DNA of 64,000 nt from Scenedesmus sp. PABB004 (taxonomy: Eukaryota): NCBI GenBank assembly GCA_014905635.1, contig JABVCE010000007.1, positions 620,001 through 684,000 on the forward strand, read 5' to 3'. Within the stretch, counting starts at the first letter, position 1. Each line of letters starts with the position of its first letter. The translations under genes and the position numbers were made by a program. Shown here piece after piece: positions 12,401 to 20,232 of this stretch. Below the pieces are notes generated by a model. It saw only the letters and a list, made by a program, of their open reading frames with translations, did no database searches and was not told the origin of the DNA.

Positions 12401-14220
12401 TCCAGCGACCTGCGCCATGCCCTGGAGCAGGCCTGCGGCGCCAACGAGCTGCAGCGCGTGCCCCTGCCGGCCTGGGTGACGGGCAACCTTCACCACTGCC
12501 TGCTCGCCCCGCTCGCGGAGCTGTACAACACCAACATGCAGCTCCACCTCGCTGACGGCCAGCGCCTGGAGAAGGCGCTCGACGCCGCCGCCCTGCAGGC
12601 GTGGTTTGCCGCGGGCTGCACCGGCACGCCCAGCCGCGCCACGCGCGACTGCCTCATCGCCGGCGGCGCGGCGCTGCTGTACAGCGCGTCGCCGCTGCTC
12701 TGGGAGCGCCAGGGCGTGCTGCAGCCGGGCGAGGGCGTGGTGCCCGCGGCGGCGGGCGACGGCCAGGACGCCGGCCGGCTGCGGCTGGCCATGGCGATGA
12801 TGCGCGACATGCTCGCGCAGATGCGCCTGCACCTGGAGCAGCCCTACCCGGCGGCGGCGGACGGCCAGGCGCGCGCGCCCGCGGCCGGCGCGGCGCGCAC
12901 GCGCCAGGCGACAGGGGCGCAGGCGACGCCCAGCCTGCAACGCTGGGAGTCGGACGAGGCGGCCGGCAAGCACGGCCGCGTGCTCGACTGGGCGCGGAGC
13001 GGCATGCCGCGCGCGCCGGACGCGGGCGCGCAGGCAGGGGGCGCGCCGCTCGTGCCGCAGCCGCCGGAGCCGCTGGCGCACGGCGCGGGCGCGGCGGCGC
13101 GGCAGCAGCACGACGCGGCCTACGACGCCTGGCGCGCGGCGCTGGCCCAGCAGCTCGAGGGCCTGGCGTACCGGGAGGGCGACGCCGACGCCATGGCGCG
13201 CCGCGTCGCGCGCGACTTTGTCGTCATGCGCGGCCAGCAGCACATGTTTGCTGCCTGCGCGCCGCGGCTGGCGGACTCGCTGGCAGCCCAGCAGGGCGCA
13301 GCGGCGCGGCCGGCGCTGGAGGCGATGCTGCGCCGCGCCGCGTCGCTCGGGGCGGCCCCGGAGCAGCCGTCGGCCGGCGCGCTCGCGGCGGCCGTCGCGT
13401 TGCTGGCAGAGGCGCTGGACGGCAGCAGCGGGGGCAGCGGCAGCGGCAGCAGCCGCAGCAGCCGCAGCAGCCGCGGCCAGCGTCCGCCGGCGCCCCGCAA
13501 GCTGCTGGACGCCAGCGCCCAGGAGCCGCGCCTGCGCGAGCTGCAGCGGGCGCGCGAGCTGGGCAAGCTCGAGGCGGCGGTGCAGCGCCTGCGCGCCGCC
13601 GTGGATGCCAGCGAGGCGGCCGTGCGTCTGCGCAAGGACCCCCTCAAGGCCCTGCAGCTGGAGGTCGCCGGCGCTGCGGTCCCTGATCGCCACGCCCGCA
13701 ACCGGCTGCGCCGCCTGCAGCGCAAGGACGCGCACGCGGCGGCGCTCCGGCGCCGGCTGGCCGCCGCGGAGGCGCGGCTGCTCCGCGCCCGGGGGCAAGG
13801 CGCCGCGCCGGGCGCGGCGCCGGGCCAGGGGCCGGGCGCGGCGCTGCCGGCCGCGGCCGCGGAGCGGCTGCGGCTGGCGCTGGCCGCGCTGACCGCCGCC
13901 GGCGACGCGACGGTGGGGGCCGACCTCGCAGCCGTGGAGGCGGAGTGGCAGGCTGCCATGGCGCAGCACCACGAGCGCGACGCCGCGCTTGTGCACCACC
14001 AGCGGCGCCTCGCGCGGCCGCACGGCGCGGCGGCGGCGCCCGACGCGGACGCGGCCCGCCGCGCGGTGGACGCCGCCGGCGCCGCGCGTGACCAGGGCAC
14101 GCGGCTGCTGGGCGACTGCGGCGCCCGACTGGCGGCCGCGCGCGGCCTCCTGGCGGCCGCGCGCGGCCACCTGGCCGCCGCAGCGGCCGCGCAGGGTCGC
14201 GCTGCGCCGGCGCCGCCGGC

Positions 14221-14271
<51 letters not shown>

Positions 14272-16090
14272 GCCCGCGCCGCGCACGCCCGAGGTGGCGG
14301 CGGCGGCTGTCGCGGCGCTGCGTCGCGAGGTCTCGACCGGCTTGCGCCGTGCGGTGTGCGCGACGCTCGAGGCGGTGCTGGCTGCGGCGACCGCCGCCGG
14401 CGCGGCGCCGCCGGCGGCGGCGCCGGCGCCGCCCGGCGACCGCAGCGGCGGCGCGCAGCCGCCGCAGCGCGCCGGCGGCGCGGGGCAGCACCCCGACGCG
14501 CTCGTCGCGGTCGCGGGCGCGTGCAAGGTGATGCGCGCCCTGCGCTCGCGGCACGCCGCGCGCGTGGCGCTGCCCAAGCGGCGCGCCTTCACGCTGGCGC
14601 CGGTGCCCAAGTACGGCACCCAGCACCTGCACCTGTCCACCTCGGGCATGCAGGCGCTGGACGCAGCGCTGCGCGCGCGCCAGGCCAAGGCGCCCGCTGC
14701 GGGCCAGCCGGCAGGCCAGCCGCCGCCGCCACCGCCGACCCAGGAGGGCGGGGGCTACGATCCCGTTTGGGATGCATATTTTCATTTTGGCCGGCGCCCC
14801 GGGCGTGCGCGCGGCGTGCTGCACGCCAACACGCGCTTTGCGGGCTCGGTGACGTTTGATCTGGCGGCGCTGCACGTGCGCGTGCGCGTTGAGGGCGCCG
14901 CCGACCCCGCCCCGCGCCGCGGCCAGCAGTCGCGCGCCGCCAAGGCGGCGCAGCGCGCGGCAGAGCACCGCGCGGGCGTGGAGGCAGCGCAGCGGCTGCT
15001 CTGCGACGCGCTGGCGCCGCATGGCGTGGCCGACGAGGCGGCGCTCGTCGCGCTGCCGCTCGACCCGTGCGAGCTGCGCGGCGTGGAGGGCCTGCCGCCG
15101 GGGCACGCGCTGCGCGGCGCGGCCGCGGCCGTGCACGCGGGCGTGCGCATCGTTGGAATCGACCCGGGCCGGGCGCGCATGATATGCGCCGCGACTTGGC
15201 GGCAGGGCCCGGGCTGCATGCGCGTCGCGCACCGCCGCATCGCGCAGCGGCGCTGCCCCAACGCGCCGCGCAGCCGCGACGACCCCGGCCGCCGCTACGA
15301 GGCGGAGAGCATCATCCGAATAAAGACCGCCGCGCACCGCGACTCGCGCGGGATCGAGCGGCACCGCCTATGGCAGCAGGGGCGGCCGGGGCGGCCGGGG
15401 CGGTACGACCGCCGCCCGCCCGCCGGCGGCGACTGCGTGCATGCCTGCCTGAACCGCGTGCCTGCCTACTCGGGCACGAGCGTCGCCGCCGCCGGGGCGT
15501 GGCGCAACGGCCGGGTGCATCATGTGTTGGACAATGCATTCGCATATAGCTTGCTTGCGTGCCGTGCAGAGTGTGCGTGGCGGCTGCGGAAGCACGGGCT
15601 GAAGCAGCGCGCGCTGCATGCGGCCATTCAGTTGACCGCGTACGGCCGGGTCTTTGTGCGCGGGCGCGTCCGGCCGCACGCGCGCCTGCCCGCCGACCTG
15701 CCCGCGGTGGTGCTGGGCATCGGGGACGCCAGCCTGGGCATGGGGGGCTGCATCTCGGGGCCGGGGCCGCCGCGGCAGGCGCTGCTGGCGCTGCTGCGCA
15801 CTTATTATGCGCGCCGGCGCGTCGCCGCGGTGCTCATGGACGAGCACCGCACGAGCGTCACCTGCTCGGTGTGCGCGTCGCGCATGGAGAAGCTGCGGGG
15901 CATTTACGGTCTGATGCAGTGCCCCGGGTGCACGGTCGTCGCGCCGCGCGACGACAACGCGGCGCGCAACATCTGCGCGCTGACGCTGCACGAGTTGCTG
16001 CCCGGCGGCCGAGGCACGGCCGGCGGCGCGCGCCTCGCCGGCGCGTTCCGGCAGGCGGCCGCTGCCGCCGCGGTGGGACCCCCGGCGTGA
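9123..16090 (+). CDS. Giant Fanzor1 (TnpB-family RuvC RNA-guided endonuclease) with N-terminal CtIP/Sae2-like and OTU-like domains. Model: 9123-11788, 11923-12061, 12184-16090, with a frameshift at the G18 run 10332-10349
   Basis: RuvC-I VGIDPG (Asp codon 15161), VLGIGD, RuvC-II MDEHRTS (Glu 15842), CSVC...CPGC zinc finger, RuvC-III RDDNAARNI (Asp 15950). Fanzor1-like upstream motifs FTLAP, VWDAYFHF, FAGSVTFD. Two phase-compatible GT-AG introns at 11789-11922 and 12062-12183. The Fanzor call is strong; fusion to the 5' domains is less certain. Confidence 0.85.
9486..9722 (+). other. CtIP/Ctp1/Sae2/COM1 C-terminal domain within the Fanzor locus
   Basis: FAYQEVVRGQARQDLPGHDCAQCRDFY...SRHRAKHAPPETPPGFWDIGF carries the EVVR, CxxC, RHR and TPxxFW motifs of the CtIP C-terminus. 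Confidence 0.88.
10020..10590 (+). other. OTU-like cysteine protease domain, split by the G18 frameshift
   Basis: LELVHGRADGLCAYYLIA (DGxC, Cys codon 10065), LQLRAL, then after the G-run YPGEAELRAL and LNHWAAVV (His codon 10573). Motif order matches OTU-family proteases. Confidence 0.6.
14222..14269 (+). repeat. (CAG)16 poly-Gln tract in the Fanzor insertion region
   Basis: Perfect CAG run. A second, imperfect poly-Q tract lies at ~9396-9443. Confidence 0.95.
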
Positions 16091-16690
16091 GCGGCGTGTG
16101 CGGTGCGCTGCGCTCTCCGTCCTGGGCAGGACGTTTAAAGGCCTCTTGCTGTTGTGTGTTGCCAGGTTAGGTCAGGCGTGTGCGCGTGTGTTTCTCGCAT
16201 GGCCACCCGTTCCGGGTGGGGGGCACCCCCTCTCGCGGGGGCACCGACCGACGGGCCGGTCCCAAACCGTCATGCCTCACGCCGCTGTGGCCTGTTTCAG
16301 GCGGCCGGCGTTGATAGGCTGCCCATGGTCGGTGTTGGCGGCGGCGGCGCGCGCGCGCGGCGGTGGCAGCGCCGCGCACGCGCGCCGCGCGCCCGCGGCG
16401 CCGGGACGCCCCCCGGGGCGCCCCGGCAGCCCCCATCCCCCAGCCGCCGGTGTTGAGACCACCGGCCGGCGCTCCCACGGCGGTTGCGAGCCGGCGGGGA
16501 GCACGCCCACTGGGCGGGTTGAAGCCGCTGCACCCCGAGTGCCACCGCCCGCCCCTGGCCGCCCACGCACCACCCAGCGCCGATCAGGAGCACCCACTAG
16601 GCGGGCAGGCGTGGCGGGCCGCGGGTGAAACCGCTGGCAGCAGCACAGGCCTCGCGCTCGCGGACCAGGCCTCACACTCCCGCTTTAATT
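16091..16690 (+). ncRNA. Candidate Fanzor omegaRNA / structured right-end region (boundaries unknown)
   Basis: Directly 3' of the Fanzor stop, where Fanzor/TnpB guide scaffolds are encoded. Many stems, e.g. CCACCCG/CGGGTGG 16203-16219, CACCGACC 16242-16249 with GGTCGGTG 16327-16334, and GCCGGTG/CACCGGC 16446-16466. Confidence 0.55.
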
Positions 16691-16874
16691 GCCCTCGACG
16701 AACCACCGGCCCCCGACACGCTCCTGCGCCGCGGCACCGCATCCGGGAGCGCTGCAGCCGCCGGCGGGCGCGCGGCGGTTGTGCTCGCAGCAGCAGCGGC
16801 GGCGCCGCTCTCGCCTCTCCGGCAAGGCGCAGGTGCCAGCCAGCGCGCGGCGCGGCGGCGGCACGGTCGCCGCG

Positions 16875-18457
16875 ATGCAGGCCTCCAAGCGCAAGGCCGC
16901 GTCGGCGCGGCGCAAGGAGCGCAAGGAGGCGGAGGAGCTGAAGCAGCTGCTGCTGCTCGTGGGCGACTTCCTCGTCACCGGCATCTGGGTGCTGATCTCC
17001 TCGGGCTTCTCCGAGGCGCGGCGCCGCCGCCGCCGCGCGGCCCGCGAGGCCCGCGCGCCGCCGGCGCCGGCGCCGGGGCCGCGGCCGCACGCGGCGGCCG
17101 CCGAGCGCCGCGCCGCGCCGCGCCGCGCCGCGCCGCGCAGGCCGCCGCGATGCTCGCCGGCATCAGCGGGCTCGGCGAGTTTGCGCTCGCAGTCGCGATG
17201 ACCTGCGCCGCGCTGCTGATGATGGGACCGATGTGCGACATGTTTGGCGGTGCGCCGCGGCCCTGGGCGGCGGCGACGCGGCCGGCGGCGTGGCCGGGGG
17301 GCCGCAGCGGCGCGGCGGCGCGCGGGTTGAACATGCGCCGGCGCGGCGCGCAGGCGCGATGTTCAACCCGATCCACAACGCCGCGTTTGTGTGCGCCGGC
17401 AAGGGCACCGTGCGCATGAACGCGGTGCGCATGGCGGCCCAGATCGGCGGCGCGCTCGCGGGGAGCTACACCGCGGTCGCCATCACGCCCGACTGGATGA
17501 AGCAGTGAGGCGGCGGCGGCGGCGGCGCGCACACAGCGCGCTGGCGCCCGCCCGCGGCGGCGCCCGCCGACGGCCGCGCCGCGCGCGCCCGCCGCAGGCA
17601 CTTTCCCAAGCTGCCGGGTGGGCTGAAGGAGGGCGTGGCGCTGCAGGCCGGCGTCGCGGTGGAGATGGTCTGCGGCCTCGTCATCAACCTGGTCGTGCTG
17701 CACGCCATGGGTGAGAGGAGCGGCGGCGGCGGCCGCGCGGCGCGTGTAGCACGCTGGAGCCTGGCCGGCCCGCGGCAGCGGCCTGCGGTCGAGCGCGCCG
17801 CCGCGCCGCAGACACCAAGAACCGCATCGTCGCCTACTGGGCGCCGATCGTGGCGACCGTCGCGCTGGTGCGGCGCCGCGCCGCGGCGGGGCGCCCGCGC
17901 CCGCGCCCGCGCCCTGCGCCCGGCGCCCTCGCGCCGACCCGCGCCCGGCGCCGGCCCCGCGGCGCGCAGATCGTGGGCGGGTCGTACTACACCGGCCCCT
18001 CCATGAACCCGGCCATCGTGAGCCCAGCCAGCCGCGCCGCCAGCGCCGCGGCGCCGGCCCCGGCGGCGCCGTGCGCTGCGCGCCGCCGCCGCCCCGGGCC
18101 TCCTCTGCCCAGCGCCGTGCGCCGCGCGCGCCGCCGCGGCGCACACGCGCAGGCCTTTGGCTGGTACCATCACTACGGCGGCCACCCCTGGGTGGAGCAG
18201 ATCGCCGTCTACTGGGCGGCGCCCTTTGCCGGAGTGCGCGCCGCGGGCGCGGCCGGCGCCGCGCGCCGGCGCGGGCGCGCCGCGCCGCGGCCACGCCGAC
18301 GCCCGCGCCGCCCGCCGACGGCCACGGCGCCGCGCCTGCGCAGGCGATGCTGGGAGGGCTGCTGTACCGCGCGGTCGCGGGCCGCGCCGAGCCGCCCCGC
18401 GCGCCGCGCAGCCTGCCGGCGGGGCTGAAGGCCGCCGCGGGCGCCAAGGAGGAGTGA
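16875..18457 (+). CDS. Aquaporin/MIP-family channel, SIP-like, multi-exon
   Basis: LVGDFLVTGIWV, variant first loop FNPIHN, MAAQIGGALAG, VEMVCGLV, second loop GPSMNPAI, VYWAAPFAG, and a basic C-terminus ending AKEE*. Confidence 0.85.
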
Positions 18458-18474
18458 GCGCCAAGGAGGAGTGA
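18441..18474. repeat. 17-bp perfect tandem duplication including the aquaporin stop codon
   Basis: gcgccaaggaggagtga x2. Confidence 0.95.
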
Positions 18475-19032
18475 GCACCCCGCGCGGGGGCAGGGGGCGG
18501 ACCGCCGCCAGCGGCGGCGGCGGCTGCGGCAGCAGCAGCGCGCGGCTGCTGCGGGCCGGCAGCCGTCTGGGGCCGGGCGCGGCGCGGCGTCGGCAGCAGC
18601 GGCTGCCCGGGCTGGGACGTGGGGGCGGTGCGGACGTCGGGCGTGGCCTTGCGCGCCCGGCCGGAGCAGACAGGGGGTGGGGGCGTCTGGCTGAGTAGTG
18701 GGCCAGGCGTGGGGTGGTTGCTGCTGCTGTTGGCTGCCGGCGGCCGCGGCGGCACAGTTTTGGGGGCGGGCGGCACGTGCACTGCGATGGAGGCGACGGG
18801 TGACGGACCACGGGGCCACGCGTTACGTCCGCGCGCTGCGCGCCGACAGCGCAGCCCCTCACACCCGCGTGCCTGCGCGGGCTGCCGCTGCAGCCACGCG
18901 CCGGCAGCACCCGCAGGCCCAGCCGACTGTCGCCGCGCCGCCGCCGGGACTGCTGGCACGCGCGCCGCCCCCACGACCTGCGCCGGCTGCCGCTGCAGCC
19001 GCGCGCCGCCCGCCCGCGCGTGCAGCGCGCGC

Positions 19033-19875
19033 TCAGTCGCTGCTGTCCGGGCGCTGCTGCTTGTCCTTTTTCTTCTTTTTCTTGGGCCTCTCACCGCTGC
19101 CAGCCGCCCCCTGCTCGCCGCCGCTCGCGCCCGCCTCCGGAGGCGCGCCGTCGCCGCCCTTTCTGTGCTTGTCCTTCTTGCCCTTGCCGCCCACCGCCGG
19201 CGGCGCCGTGGCGGGCGCCTGCTGCGGAGCGGCCGCGCCGCCACCACCGGGCGGCGTGGCCGGCGGCGGCCGCTGCGCCTTGGGCGCGCTCGCCGGCGGC
19301 GGCTGCTGCTCCGGCGGCTGCTTCGCGGCGGGCGTCGCCGCGTCGTCGCCGCCGGCGGCGGCCGCGCGCTTCTGCTTCTTGTCTTTATTGCCCTTCTTGT
19401 GCTGCGGCCCCTCCGGCGGCTGCGGCGGCTGCTCCGCAGCGGCGGCGGCCGCCGCTGCCGCTGCAGCCGCCGCCGCCTCCGCCTTGCGCTGCTTCTTGCT
19501 GCGCTTGCCGCCCTCCGCGCCGGCGCTGCCGGGCTCGCCGGCCTCCGCTGCAGCAGCCTCTGCGGCCTGGCGCTTGCGCTTCTTGCCGCCGCCGCCGCCG
19601 CCGGCCGCCGCCGCTGCTGCGGGGCCGTCGCCGGCTGCGGCGTCGCCGCCGGCGCCCGCGCCGCCGCCAAGGGCGTCTTGGATGAACCCCAGGTCGTCCC
19701 CGGGCATGGGCGCGGGGTGGCCCTCCAGCACCGCCCAGCACAGCTGCATGACGTGCGCCAGGCCCGGCCGCAGGCCCGCCTCGCGTTCCAGGTGCCCCCG
19801 GATGGCGGCCGCCGCGAACTCGGCGGTCGCGGGGGCCGCGCCCGCGGGCGCTATGCGCAGAAAGGTGCGCTGCAT
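19033..19875 (-). CDS. Hypothetical intronless Lys/Ala/Pro-rich protein with NLS-like basic clusters
   Basis: MQRTFLRIAP...HVMQLCWAVLEG... followed by KKRKRQ, KKQRK and KKKKKKDK clusters. AAG-rich codon usage fits real coding in this frame. Confidence 0.55.
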   Translation of the reverse strand: MQRTFLRIAPAGAAPATAEFAAAAIRGHLEREAGLRPGLAHVMQLCWAVLEGHPAPMPGDDLGFIQDALGGGAGAGGDAAAGDGPAAAAAAGGGGGGKKRKRQAAEAAAAEAGEPGSAGAEGGKRSKKQRKAEAAAAAAAAAAAAAAEQPPQPPEGPQHKKGNKDKKQKRAAAAGGDDAATPAAKQPPEQQPPPASAPKAQRPPPATPPGGGGAAAPQQAPATAPPAVGGKGKKDKHRKGGDGAPPEAGASGGEQGAAGSGERPKKKKKKDKQQRPDSSD

Positions 19876-20232
19876 CCCGCGCCGACTGCTGCGCCGGCGC
19901 GGCGCGCACACACGAGGAGGTGGCCTGCGGGCGGTCGCGACCGCGGCGCGATCTGGCGGCACGGCGCTGGGCAGGCGGTGCCGGCCCAGCGATTTGGGGG
20001 AGCGAGCGGGCGGCAGCTGCTGAGCCCCGGGCTGCTCCACGCCCGTCCTCCTCCTCCCCACCCCACCCACGCCAGTCCCGCCGCAGCTCGCGCCGCCCGC
20101 GACGCACCGCACCGCAGTGCCGCCGCACCGCTCCGCGCCGACCCCGGCGCGCCGCTGCCGCACACGCGCGGCGCTCGCGCGGCGCGCCCATTCGCGGCCC
20201 CGCCGCCGCCGGGCGCCCACAGCCATCCCGGC

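Noticed and set aside
11999..15364. 1121-aa minus-strand ORF overlapping the Fanzor
   Set aside because: Antisense shadow of a GC-rich coding strand. Arg/Ala/Gly-rich with no motifs, while the + frame carries the RuvC motifs.
12062..16090. Bacterial IS200/IS605/IS607 TnpB or Cas12 contamination
   Set aside because: Spliceosomal introns, poly-Q tracts, eukaryotic neighbours and Fanzor-type RuvC-II placement. No TnpA, cas genes or array.
16590..16605. CTAG as a Helitron 3' terminus
   Set aside because: Followed by G rather than T, lacks a clean short subterminal hairpin, and no Rep/helicase is in the window.
8944..16676. Possible terminal inverted repeats (TGTGAGGC 8951 / GCCTCACA 16669; GGCAGCCT 8944 / AGGCTGCC 16316)
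   Set aside because: Only 8 bp with no target-site duplication. GCCTCACA/TGTGAGGC also occurs elsewhere (~7524, 22952, 48343, 60332).
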